Shown here: in pieces, positions 1 through 12,300 of the stretch
How the letters are laid out: each line of letters starts with the position of its first letter
How positions within the stretch are numbered: the stretch's first letter is position 1
From: a virus
DNA length: 64,000 bases
IMG/VR virus record: IMGVR_UViG_3300020193_000003
Strand: one strand, 5' to 3'
Notes under the pieces: generated by a model
What the model was told of the DNA's origin: nothing
Databases searched by the model: none
The model's input: the letters and a program-made list of their open reading frames with translations, nothing else
Program-made: the position numbers and the translations under genes

Positions 1-3000
1 GCCCTGAGACAAAAGAATTGGGGAAGGTACATATACCTACACGAACGCCCCTACCGCATCGACGCCTTCGAGGACGTCATGGACGAGCTGACGGACCAGG
101 AGTACTGGAGCCGACTCTCGGACATATGGGTGGACAGCGAGAACATCGGGGCGCAACCCGATCGTTGGAGGAACCTGCTACTGAGCGACCGCGGCTCGCG
201 CGAGTCCTTCATGACGGAGGACGAGCGCGCGGAATTCGCGGCGTTGCAGCCACGGTTCACCGTGTACCGCGGTTATTCGGAGAACGACCAGGAGGAGTTC
301 GGAATGTCGTGGAGCACCGACGCGGGAGTGGCCGAGTGGTTCGCCAGGAGATTCGCAAGGGAAGACGAGAAGATCTTCATGGAGGAAATGGAGGTCTCCA
401 AGGACGACGTCTTCGCATATCTCACGCGGCGGGGCGAGGAGGAAATAATCCTCGACATGCGCACCGCGGCTGGTGGGACGGCGAGTAGACGGGAGTTGCC
501 GCGGAAACCCAAGACGAGAATACCCACGAGGAGCAGAAAATTGACTCCCCCGGATGGCGAGGCGGGGATGTCAAGGACAACGGAGAGGGGCGATCTGGTC
601 AGGCTCGGCAGAAACTCGAATTATCCCAGCGGGTTGCAACCCGGATCGCTCGGCAGGGTCGCGAGAGTGGGCCGCGACGGAACCATCTCCGTGGAAATTG
701 AAGGCGAGCTGATAAAACTGACCCCCGGCGAGGACCATTTCCTGGTGATCCCGAGGCAGTTTGACGTCCTGTACGAGCTGACGGACAACGACGGCAACGT
801 GATTTACCTACCAGTCGAGGACGTGACGTACCCCCGGCTCACCAGCGCCAGGGAGGAAGCGGCAAAAGCTGGGTATAGAGAAACAGGAATCATCCGAGGA
901 AACATGCGAACATTTTTTGACGACGCCACGGGTACCTACAAGACGGAACGGACGGAGTTTGAGGTGATCGGCGCACAGAACATCCGGCCGGAAACGACGG
1001 CACCGGTTACGAGGCAATCCACAGACACTCCCGACGGCGAGGCCGCGATGTCCTCCCAAAAAATCCCCAAATTCAACGGCGGCCACAGCAGCAAGGGGAG
1101 GGGGACTCCGTCGGGTGACGGCAAGGACTTGGCGATGAGGGACGTGGCGGACAGCGCCATAGTCGAGTTGGCGAACGACGAGAGGAGCAGTTCGCGGACG
1201 ACGCTCGAGACGCTCGGGTCGTACCGGGCCGGGAGCATGGTCGTGATGCTGGCGAGAAACGGTGAGCTCCGGGGCATCCCGCTGAGGGACGAAACCATCC
1301 AGGCAATAACGAAAGCCCACGACGACGGTGCGATGTTCGTCGTCGGGGACATGCCGGGCGTGGATTCGCAGTTCGTGGAATTTTTGGACAAAATCGGGGC
1401 CGACTACACGATCTACCATGCGGGGAGTTCGCCGAGGTTCCGTCCGCAACCGCCCGACGCGCGCGGGGACGCGCCGTCCGAACTCCTCGCGCGCGTGACC
1501 GACGAGGACGCGCAGCTCAATCTCCTTTACTCGGTCCCCGGGGTCGCCGCCAGCGTCAGGATGAGGAGCACCGACGGTGCGCCCGTCGCCCCGGGCAAGA
1601 ACGCAATCATGAAGCCGTACCTCCTGGCTCCGCACATAGACGTGAACGGTTTGGACGCGTCGGACCCGGCAATCCAGTCCCTTTCGCCGGCACTGAAGGC
1701 CGCCGGGTTGGGAACCTACAAAGTCACCGGGCACTCGACCCCCAAGGTCCAGGGACCGGTGGTGAAGGAGTTCGCGGACAGGCTGATAGGTCCCAGTGCC
1801 GTCGCCGACGCCGTGCTCGGAACGTTCCCGACCGCGGACGAGATGCTGACGATATACGCAGTAAACGCACTCATCAGGGCGAGGGCGGAGTACCTTTCCG
1901 ACTCCGTCCTCAACGCGGACCAAGTAAACGAGGCGATCCTGTTCGGAAATGTCATGCTCGTGGGCCCAAAATTGCCCCAGGACCTGTGGGACATCCCGCA
2001 GGTCGGCACCTCCTTGTACCTCGACCCGTTCAGCTACTTCAAGAACTATTCCAACTTCCTCAAGGCCGTGATCGACGCGTTGCCGGAGCAGGTCAGATCC
2101 AGGCTGGGGGGCGGTCCCGACGACCGTGATGACGCCCAACGGTACTGGGGGGACACCTCGCTCTTCGAGGGCATCATAATCAGGGAAGACGACGACATCT
2201 CCAGAAGGTTCGCCCCCATGATCAGGAAGCAGGCGGGAATAGTGTTGGACCACGCCAGGCGACACGGCGAGCTGACGAGGAAGTGGGCGCAAACCGCCTA
2301 CGACTTGATGAAGGAGGCTGGCCTGACGGACGCAGAGGTGGCTTTCGTTGTCAACGAACACTGGACGAAAGCATCAACGTTCAAACTCGCCACGGTGCAA
2401 CCGGGGAACGTGCTGGGTCACGCGGCGAGGCTGGGCGTGAAGGCGTTCTCCTCGAGGTACTCGCCGATAAGCCGGGCCATCACCAAGCGCATCGAAGCCG
2501 TCCAATCCGGGGGCCTCCGCGAGGAAGAGGATTTCGGCCTGCACGAGTTCTTCCACCACTACCTGGGCCAGGGTTTCACCAGGCACGGGGAGTACGTGGC
2601 GTTCAGGGGTCCGGCCGATCTGATCGATTCCTACCACGGGCACATGCAGTGGGCCTGGAACGACACCGGTCAGCTTGGGATGTTCGTCTCCAGGATCATG
2701 ACGCAGGAGTTCGGCCGCGGCAAGACCGACGAGCCGGAGTTCGGGTATTCGCGCACACTCCATGACGCCATCGGCAGGGCCATCTACGACAGGCTGAAGG
2801 AGATGCTCTCCTCGGCCGAGGACAGGCGAAAAATAATGGATCAGGTGTTCCCGGAATTCCACGGGTCGCCCAGCGAGGACGAGGCGAAGATCAAGGCGCT
2901 GATCCGAAGGCAGTTCGCAGGGCGAGACCTTGAAAGGGTCCGCCAATTTGCGGATTTGATGCCCGTCCTCAGACTGCTCACGGTGCAGGACCTGCTGGTG

Positions 3001-3057
3001 CCGAAGATGTACTACCCCTACGGGGGAACGAGTAAAATAATCGGGGGGAGCAACTGA
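1..3057 (+). CDS. Large multidomain (polyvalent) phage protein, 5'-truncated by the window edge: RSE-type ADP-ribosyltransferase-like domain, DUF4314/SH3-like domain, SLOG-like domain, HExxH zincin-like domain
   Basis: Frame is open from base 1 (ALRQKNWGRY...), so the start is upstream of the window. Motifs: VYRG...SWST...EEE (262-444); GDLVRL...GRVARV...LTPGEDHF (571-760); FVVGDMPGVDSQF; HEFFH (2542). DGEAGM and DGEAAM separators have their ATG at 568 and 1048. Confidence 0.75.
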   Translation, partial: ALRQKNWGRYIYLHERPYRIDAFEDVMDELTDQEYWSRLSDIWVDSENIGAQPDRWRNLLLSDRGSRESFMTEDERAEFAALQPRFTVYRGYSENDQEEFGMSWSTDAGVAEWFARRFAREDEKIFMEEMEVSKDDVFAYLTRRGEEEIILDMRTAAGGTASRRELPRKPKTRIPTRSRKLTPPDGEAGMSRTTERGDLVRLGRNSNYPSGLQPGSLGRVARVGRDGTISVEIEGELIKLTPGEDHFLVIPRQFDVLYELTDNDGNVIYLPVEDVTYPRLTSAREEAAKAGYRETGIIRGNMRTFFDDATGTYKTERTEFEVIGAQNIRPETTAPVTRQSTDTPDGEAAMSSQKIPKFNGGHSSKGRGTPSGDGKDLAMRDVADSAIVELANDERSSSRTTLETLGSYRAGSMVVMLARNGELRGIPLRDETIQAITKAHDDGAMFVVGDMPGVDSQFVEFLDKIGADYTIYHAGSSPRFRPQPPDARGDAPSELLARVTDEDAQLNLLYSVPGVAASVRMRSTDGAPVAPGKNAIMKPYLLAPHIDVNGLDASDPAIQSLSPALKAAGLGTYKVTGHSTPKVQGPVVKEFADRLIGPSAVADAVLGTFPTADEMLTIYAVNALIRARAEYLSDSVLNADQVNEAILFGNVMLVGPKLPQDLWDIPQVGTSLYLDPFSYFKNYSNFLKAVIDALPEQVRSRLGGGPDDRDDAQRYWGDTSLFEGIIIREDDDISRRFAPMIRKQAGIVLDHARRHGELTRKWAQTAYDLMKEAGLTDAEVAFVVNEHWTKASTFKLATVQPGNVLGHAARLGVKAFSSRYSPISRAITKRIEAVQSGGLREEEDFGLHEFFHHYLGQGFTRHGEYVAFRGPADLIDSYHGHMQWAWNDTGQLGMFVSRIMTQEFGRGKTDEPEFGYSRTLHDAIGRAIYDRLKEMLSSAEDRRKIMDQVFPEFHGSPSEDEAKIKALIRRQFAGRDLERVRQFADLMPVLRLLTVQDLLVPKMYYPYGGTSKIIGGSN

Positions 3058-3260
3058 TGGAACCGAACAAACCGACCGACGCGACGCCGATCCTGAGGGT
3101 CGAGATTCCCGCCGCCAAACTCGACGCCATCGGCAGGGCGCTGGCCGGTCCTGATCCGCAGGACGACGACGGGTCGCACGCCGAGGCTCAGGCGGAGTGG
3201 GACATGATAGTTCGCGAGAGGAGCCCGAGGACGACAAGCTACGGCGGTGCCAGTAGCTAA
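3057..3260 (+). CDS. Small acidic hypothetical protein (67 aa), translationally coupled to the upstream giant ORF
   Basis: TGATG stop/start overlap at 3055-3059. Confidence 0.65.
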   Translation: MEPNKPTDATPILRVEIPAAKLDAIGRALAGPDPQDDDGSHAEAQAEWDMIVRERSPRTTSYGGASS

Positions 3261-3328
3261 GAAATATACGTCTATAATTGTTTGATGATTGTCAAATCCC
3301 GTCGCCGGGAATAGAGGATAAAGGGCAG

Positions 3329-6300
3329 ATGTCGCCAACCCCGTTCAGAATTCCGTTCAACGCGAAAATCGTCGCCAGGCACGGAACGACGTCCGTGTAC
3401 GCGCTCAGGGATGGGCGCCTCGCCTTCGTCGACCACACCAAGAACCGCACCTTCTTCGACGGGAGCAGGGACGTCGGGACGGGGACCTACGGGTCCGGTC
3501 ACAACTCGGCGTGGGCCGACTCGCGCATCGTCGCCGTCGCGTCCAAGGGCGGCTCCGCCTCGTTCGCACAGACCAAGGCACTCAAACCGAAACAATCCAG
3601 GGTGCCACAGGAGGCGCCGGACCAGCCGGGGGAGGAGATTCCCGACGAAGCTTTCTCGCGATTGATGCCGATGATCCCGAAGGAGTTCCTCGATTGGGCG
3701 GCGTCGTACGAGATCGGCGACCCGCTGCCCCCGATGATGCCGGGTTACGGCGGGAGGACGCTGTGCAGTAAATCCATAAACGACACCTCCTACTCGCAGG
3801 ACGACTTCGGGGTGGACCAGGTCGTCGAGCGCGTCCTCGCGGACATGGGTTTGCCAGACATAAACCCGGCCCTCGCCTTCGCCCCCGAGATCGAGACCAA
3901 GGGCCTCCCGCGGATGGAGCAGAAGGGCATCCTCGGCAGGGAGATCAGGGACATGGCGCGCAACATCGTCGACTCGATCCTCACGGCGAGGGGCCTGTGG
4001 AAGGACGAGCTGAACAAGATTCGCTGCGGGTCGGGGCCGAACGCCAACAGGTTCACCGACATCTTCGGGACCGGTTGCGACGTGCCGGGCGCCGACATGG
4101 CCGGCAACATCGTCGGCGCGATAAGGGCTGGGGTGGACGTTCCCGGTCCGGTGGACGAGGTGGCGGGGAAGATCGAGGGGGCGAGGGAGAGCGTCGCCGA
4201 CGCGGCCGACGGAATTGACGTCCCGGGCGGAAAATCGTCCCTCGGCGAAAGGCTCAGGATGGCGCTGACGAGGGTCCGGGGCGGGCACACGCCGCACTAC
4301 GTGGCCGACATGCCAGGCGACATTGACCCGGCAGCCGGCATGTCAGACGTGTTGAACAGGAGGTCCGACAAGAGGGGAGGGTTCCTGTTCGTCCGATCTC
4401 TCGTTTCGCGCAACAAACGGCGCGAGCGCGCCAAGAAGGCAGTGGGTCGTTTCGAATCCGCGGAGAAGATGGCCAGGGAGGCCTTCGCCACGCGCGAGTA
4501 CCGCGACTGGGAGCAGGACTTCACGCTGAGAAAAGGCAGGCTGCCGAACCAGGGCGAGAAACTCAACTGGTTGGCCGAGCACATCGGATGGAAAGGACAG
4601 TTCAGGGATGCGGCCGGCAAACTAGTGACGGACGAGCACGGCAACCCGGTGGGAAGCTTCGGGGGGTTGGCCGACACCGCGGTCGTGGACGGGGTCGTGA
4701 CCGACATGACCCATTTCGAAGCGATGGTCGAGCAGATAGTGCGCGACCCGAGATTCGTGGAGGGCGGTAATTTCGACAGGCTGAGCGAGGCCCAGAAGAG
4801 ACGGCGCAGGGAGGAGGTCGCAAGGAACATATACGAGTACGGGCTCCAGACCCTGTTTGCGATGAAGAACGCCGGCGGACCGGAGAAGATAGAGCAGATC
4901 CAACCCGACGGGAGCAGGATCCTGGTAGACAACCCGGAGCACAAGAAACGCTTCGCCGAGGTAATACCGACCCATTTCCGCGTAATTCACCCGACAGACC
5001 CCAGCAACTTCCGTGGACTCGCGGATGCGGCAGTGGTCACCGGGGTCAACAGTTTCGAACCGGGATTTGATGACGAGATCGACTTTGTCCCGTTGCTGGG
5101 GACAGATCGGCGGATGACTGCGGGACGACCGCTCACGGCGGGCGTGCAGCGCCATGGAAGGGTCGCCGGTTCTCTGCCGTTGTACGCGCATGAGAACCAG
5201 ACCCGTGGAGGCGAAATTCCGTTCGTGGCCTCCATAAGCCTGAATCCGGTGTGGTTCACCGACCGGCAAACACAGAAGGACAAGCTCAAGGCCTTCGGCG
5301 GTGACCACCTGGGGATGGACATAAGCAGGGAGGCGTTCTGGGCGCACACCGCCGACCACGAGCTGAACCACGTAGACGACTTCGCCCAGAGACTCGGGAA
5401 CAAGCTCGGATACTGGGGGGAACTCGGCGGCGGCCGGGAGGAGTGGATGCGGAGGCTGTCGCAGCAAACGTACACGCGCACGCCCACGGGTGGTTATTGG
5501 TCGAACGTGATAGACCTCCGCAAGGACGCGGCCAGCTACACGTTCCTCGGGCAGCAGATCGCGGAACTCGACGCCAAACTCGCCGCGGCCACGACGACCT
5601 ACGAGAGACAGAAGGCGATTTGGTTCTTCTACATGCAGAACATGAGGTTCAACGAGCGGACGATGTCCGACTTCGCAAGGTGGATGAACAGATCGGGCGC
5701 CGGTTTCACGCCCGGCAAGCGCCTTTCGAAGGCCGAGCAGGCCGCGATGCTCACAGAGATCTTTGAAAACCTGCGGGCGCGCGGCTACTCCGAGGAGCAC
5801 GGGGTGCCAACCTTCAGTTTCTGGGAAGACATGATGGACACGCCTCTGGGTTACTGGGACCCAGCGACGGGGAAGTTCGAGTTCCCGATGGACCCGCGCA
5901 CCGGGCGCCTGAACCCGTACCCGCTGAACGTGATGAACCTGCAGCCGAAGTGGACGGGAAGAAGAACCCCGGCGAATGTTCCCTTCTCGGAAAACGTGGC
6001 CACATTTGGGATTGAACTCGATCCGGCACGCTTCGGGCCTGGACGGGACCCGTACGGGCAGGCGAGGCTTGACAACTCCGTCTCCAACCTCCTGCACGGA
6101 TACATAGGGGGGACCTACGCCGGCGAGGACGACTATGAATTCGCGGCGGAGCTGAGGACGCAACTGAACAAACAGGGCGCGCTCGCCGACGTCAGGGAGT
6201 TCCTCGCCGACCCCGCCCGCAACATACACCAGCTCACCGAAGCCGACTTCATGACGCTCGTGGCCAGATACGTGGGGACGGACGAGGTGCACAGACTCTA

Positions 6301-9300
6301 CGGGGAACCGGTGCCGGGACCAAGAGCACTTCCCGATGGTGTTATCGGCCCGGGAGGCGGGGCACCCCCGCCACCTGGCGCGGGTGGGCCACCGGGCGGA
6401 GCACCGAGAGGACCGATGATCCCCCTCGGGCCAGGCTCGCCACCAAGGACGCCCCCTGATGGGGGAGGCGGCGCCACTCCGCCCCCAGCCTCCCCCGGAT
6501 CGCGTGGGACCGCCACCGGGCCGACGATTCCGACGGTGCCACGAGCCGACGACCCAGACATTCCCACTCCCGACGATACGACTCCGCCCCCAGCCTCCCC
6601 GCGGTTGCGCGGAACCGCCACCAGGCCGACGATTCCGATGCGTCCGTCGGACGAAGGTCCAGAAGCTCCCGGCGACGCCCCGGAGCCCGAGGCTCCATCG
6701 AGGGTCCGTGGCACGGGAGTCAGGAGACCGACCAGGCCGACGACCGACGACGATCTCGTAGAGCCGACGGTCAGACCCGAAACCGACGCGGATCGCGTTT
6801 CGCCGGAAAGACGCAGAGCCGACGCGGACAGGGAAAGAAGGGTGCGCGAGCTGTTCGGCGACGAAGAAGATCCAGCCGAAAGAGAGCGTTCCGGGACGAG
6901 AACAACCGACTCCGCGGAGGAGACTTCGCCCGATCGCCCGAGAACGACGGCATCTGCCGCGAGGGACGAACTCAACGCCGCTCGAAAGAGGGCGCGCGAC
7001 AGGCGTTTCGCGGAGCGGGAGGAAGCGGACAAAAGGGCGGAAGAAGCATCCCGCAGGATGGCGGAAGCCAGGTATTACGAGGGCGTCTACGGGGACGTCG
7101 AGCAAGCAGTGGAAGATGCAAAACGCAACATCCCGTCCGATAGTCGAATCAACCCTAGAGATCGCGAAAGGCGCGTTCGCACAATGGACGAACAAGTTGC
7201 GGCGAGGCGCAAGGCGCTTGATAAGGCATCGGCCGCGACCGATCCAAAAGAACGCAGGGGGCAGCAAATAGTCGCCGCCGCGCTAGAAGCGGAATTGATG
7301 TATAAAGCTGGGCAAATAGATTACAGAACCAACGAGCGCCGACAAGCGGACCTGTCGGTCCTGGCCGACCTAAACGGAACGCCACTCTACCGGGACGACC
7401 AAGGCATGTTCAAATTGGAAAGCAGCGTTCCGGAATGGCAGAGAACCGAGGGACCCGACTCGATCGACGATTCGGCCGAATCCGTCGCTTCTAGAACGGC
7501 TTTGGCCGAAAGAATGTTCGGAGAGAGCGAAGCCTCGGAACTCTTGGGCACTCGTTCTTCCGAGACCGACGGACCCACCGCCGATTCGCAAGCGGACAGG
7601 TTGAGGCTGAACCAAATTCGCGAGGAACGAGTCAACGCCACGGCGCGCGTAGCGGACGCGGAAACTCGCCACGACGAAGCCCTCAGGAGGGCGAGGCGCA
7701 CGGGATCCGATCCCGACAGGGGAGGGGACGGCGACCCGGCGGCGTGGGCGGATTACAGGGCGGCCTACGAAGAATTGAACGAGGCGGACGCCGAGAACGC
7801 CAGGCTGCTGCGCGAGTCCAGGGAGCTCGAGGATCGGATACCGAAGAGCGAGACACCGACGCCCGCCACGACCAGGGATCCCTCCAGGAGATCGTACGAG
7901 CGACCGGAAACTCCCGAAGGCATCATCGTGGAAGGCGAAACCCCGCAACGGCAGATACGAATGATCAACCAGACCACGGGGGAAATAATTTACGTGGATC
8001 CGAGCAACGCTCGCATCATGGATGAAGTCAGGGCAGAGGGCTTCGCTCCGGACGTGAGGCAACCCACCGCTCCCGCCAGGAGACAGGCCAGTGGGCGAGA
8101 AAAACCGCGAACGAAACCCGCACGTGAGCCCGATTGGGTGAGACGCGAGCGGGCCCGACGTGATCGGGCGGGATTGGCCGACGATATTCCCGGATACGAC
8201 GACGAGCCGGATGTGGGAATGGCGCCTCCGGTCAGGAGGGGATCGGATTCCGACGGGGTGAGGGAGTTCCTGGAGGAGGGCGACGGGGCCTTCATGACGC
8301 CCGAGCAGGCCCGCCTGCAAAGGGACGGAGCCGTCGAGCGCCGGGAGTCGGCCATCTCGCAGCGCGAGAGGTTGATAAACGAGAGGGACGGGGTTGAGAA
8401 CGGCGTCGTCGGACGCAACCTGACGGACGATCAGGCGCAGAGACGGGTTGAGGAGCTGAACCGCCAGATAGCCGACCTGGAGAGAAGAATAGACGACCAC
8501 GAGAGAACCGCGGAGTTGTTCTCGGAGCACGCACGGAAACTCGAGGAGGGAATCCCCATCAGGGGGAGACGAGGCGGCGACGCTGAAGCAGGGATGGCGC
8601 TTTACAGGCCGAAGAACGTCGTCACAACGACGAACGACCCACCGACTTCAATGAACCCGGGAACGATAACCTCGGACGGAGGATTCCAGGCTTACACGTT
8701 TGATTTTGCGACTTACGAATTCGACGGGCCCGACGGCATGGAACGAATAATCTTCGAGGACCCGAATCTCGTCAACATGGACGATCCCTCGATTCGGGTC
8801 ATCCCGAGAAATCCGTACGCGATCACCGGGACCGACGAGTTGAGCGAAGAGGGTCGGAGCTTGGCGCGCAGGTACCATCTCGCAAAGGCCGGTTTGATGG
8901 AGAGGAACCGTCTCGCTGGCGAGAAGGACCAGTACGATGTTGACGGCTACGTCGATTCCCTGCTCTACAGGGCCTCGATGGGTGACCCGGAAGCCGAAGC
9001 GCTAATTGCTGAGTTGTCGGATCTTGGCGAACAAATTCGGGAAGAGGCGAGGGCACGGAGAATAGCGAAAGACCTAGATGACAGCTTCGGCGAAATAGCC
9101 CAGTCGGAGATAGACGGGTCCAAGGGTGCCGCGACGCTGAAGGCTCTGACGCCCGATAAATTGGCCCTGGTCCACGAGACGAAATACGAACCAAGAGTTC
9201 TCCCCGACGGCACCCTGGAGATCCAGCCGTTGGCCGATTTTCCGACGAACCCGCCTTCCGAAGGTCTCGACACGATCGACGGGAAACCGACCTACCCGAA

Positions 9301-12300
9301 CGTAAACTACCCGCGTCACACCGTGCACTTTGGGGTCGGCGGGTTGGCCGGTGGCCACGTTCAAAGACAGAGCCCCAAGGACATTGACCCGAACCAACGG
9401 GTGTGGGTGGTGGTGACCAATTTCGGTGAGGCCATGGATGCGAATCCCGGTTCCGTCGAAACGATGCGTCTGGAAGACACGAGTCTCACCCCGAGAGCCG
9501 GGGAGGGACTGAGATTTCCCCCGGGGACCTTCCGGATCTTGGAACTCACGGGGGACAAGAAGGCGGATTTCGCCACGATGAACGGGGCGATTCTGGAGGT
9601 CGGCGGAACCCCACTCCCGGCAGACATGGACTATTCAAGGTACGGCGGCTCGGCCAGGTCCCGGAGGATATCTCAAATGGCCGCCGAGTTGGGTTTCCCC
9701 TCCGTTCTGGATGTCGACCATCCGAGCTCCCTGGGCCATCGGGGCTCAATGCGAAGGGGTAATTTCATCGATCGGCGCGAGGCTTTCGCAACGGCGTTGC
9801 CGATCGAAGAATCATCGCTCTCGATGCTCAGCGACAACAGTCTCGAGCGAATCAGCACCTCCACGCACACGTACGGCGGCGGGGTCGTTCGCTACGTGAA
9901 TGATTCGGACACGTACATCGAGCTTTTCCCGCCGGACCTACAGGAGCGAATCGACCAGGGGCTCATCAGCAAGCGCGACGCACGCAGAGAACTAACTGGC
10001 AGAGTTGAAGCCCGCAGGGCGGCACGGGCTCAATCCGCCGACGGGCCGAGCGCCGGCATGGCGAGGGGGACGAGCGAGGAAATCTTCATGCGACCCGACG
10101 GAACCTTCGACATCGGCCCGGACACGGGTGGGCGCTCCGCCCTGCGACCGAGTCGCATTGACGAAGAAGTTGTGAACCAGGCAGTGATCCAGGCTAGGCA
10201 GGAGGTGGTCAGCGAGGTTCTCGACAACCCGTTCGCAACCGACCAAGACTTCGGGCGCGCCTCGCAGGCGATCGACCTGATGGAGGATGCGATCGGCGCG
10301 GACGCTGCCGAGCGGCTCAGGAACAGACTCGCGAGGGCGCGGGCAAGGCGAGACAGAAACAGTCCCCAAACGATGCCGGAAATTAGACCGTACTTGATCA
10401 GGCCCCCGCAATACGGCGACGACTCGTTCGGGAACCGCAACCGCGTCGGCGACATGGCGCGCGCCATGTCGCGCCCCGACGACCCGAGGAATCCGCCTCG
10501 CACCGCCACGGCGAGATTGGCGCACATGGACACCGCCAACTCGTCCGTCGCAAGGGACATAACTTACGACCCGCAAAACGGAGACCTCACGGTCACCTAC
10601 AACGACGACAGGGTCGTCACGTTCACCGACGTGCCGTACGAGCGCGTGCGCAAGGCGGGTTTCGACGACCTGCCGGACGACCTGATCAGCGAACTGGAGA
10701 ACGAACAGAACCAGATGCGCAGCAGGCCAATCGGCAGGATGTCCGACGGCAACCGGGCCCGCAGGAACGTCTCGGGCCCGAGACGATTGCTCTCCGAGGG
10801 GAACTTCCGGTCCAACGAACGACGGCAACCACCCGGCGCTGAGCAGTTCGACGATGGGCCGTCGGCCGGCATGGGCCGAACGTACGAAACCCTGGTCGGC
10901 ACGCACGCCAACGTCGTCTCCAGAAAACGAGACGAGTTGGCGAAGGCGCAACAAACGCTTGACGGGATAGGCACCCGCAGGGACAAGGGGTTGGTGACCG
11001 AGGACGAGGCCAAGGCGGTCGCCTCTGCGTTCGCGGACCTGTTCTCCGGGGACATGAGGGTGCAGAGCAATTTTGAGGGGAGACTGAGGACGGAGTTGCT
11101 CAGCGACGGTCGCACCATGGTCAGGTTGGATGCGCAAGTGAACTGGGAGGAGATGGTGCAGGTCCAGGACCTGACGAGCATCCCCATAACCATGCAAATA
11201 AAGTCCGCCGACGGAAAAACGATTTACGGGTACGCCTCAAGGAGGCTGGAGATAGGCGAGGACGGAATCACCGTCCATCACGGTTCCCTCACCATCTCGC
11301 CGGAGTACCGCGGCAAGGGGATAGCCAGCGAGTTCAACGCAAGGAACGAGAACCTCTACAAAGCCCTCGGGGTCAGGAGCATAACGACCAGCGGATCCTC
11401 CTCCTCGGTTACGAGCACAAACAACCCGTTCGAGGACCAGGTGATCGGAACCGGCGCGACCCACTGGGCCCGCAACGGGTTCACCTGGAGGGACGATGAC
11501 GCGAAACAAAAATTCATCGGAATCATAGACTCGGCATTGTCTAGGAAGCCGGGAATCTTCTCGGACGAGGAGAGGCAGAGGATATCCTCCCTGTACAAGA
11601 GGGGCCGATCCGGGGACTTTCAGACGTCGGCGACCGCGGAAGAGCTGGTTGATTTCGAGGCCGCCGACAGATTGTTCGCCGAGGAAGGCGCGATCATCGG
11701 GTACAGGAGGGACCTGGCGCCCGCCGAGATTGCTGCTCCGAAACCGTCGAGACTCACCAGGATCGCCGACAGGCTCGGCCGGCGCTCCCGAAACCGGCGC
11801 GACGAAACGGACGGTCCGTCGTTCGAGCCGCCTCCCTGGGACCCGGATGCCGAGCTGGAGGAGGCGCTGGATGACAGGCGGGCCCGCCGAATCGCGGAGT
11901 CGCTGGCGGCGGCCGAGCTCCCGGATTTCGTCAGGGATTGGGACCCGGAAGCAGGGATGGCGGAGACGAGGAGGGCGAGATCGGCAGCGAAGAGACGAAA
12001 CGCGGCCATGGCGAGGAACGTTGGCCCGGCACTCAAAGGGGACACGGATGTCAAAGAGAAAAGCGTGGACCCGGCGCCGCCGCCGTTCTCGCGAAGGGAC
12101 TCGCAGAAATTGACCCAGGTGACTGCGGATTCCGACGCGCTCAATGCGTCGATCGTCCAGCAGAGAAAGGCCCTCGTCGACAAGTACGCACCGGGCAGGC
12201 ACGGAGAGCCAGTTGAGTCCTATGCGGACGAGCTCATGGACAGCATGGGCGTCGCGCGCGAGACGGGCCTGAAGGGCAAGCCCATGACGTTCGGCGAGCA

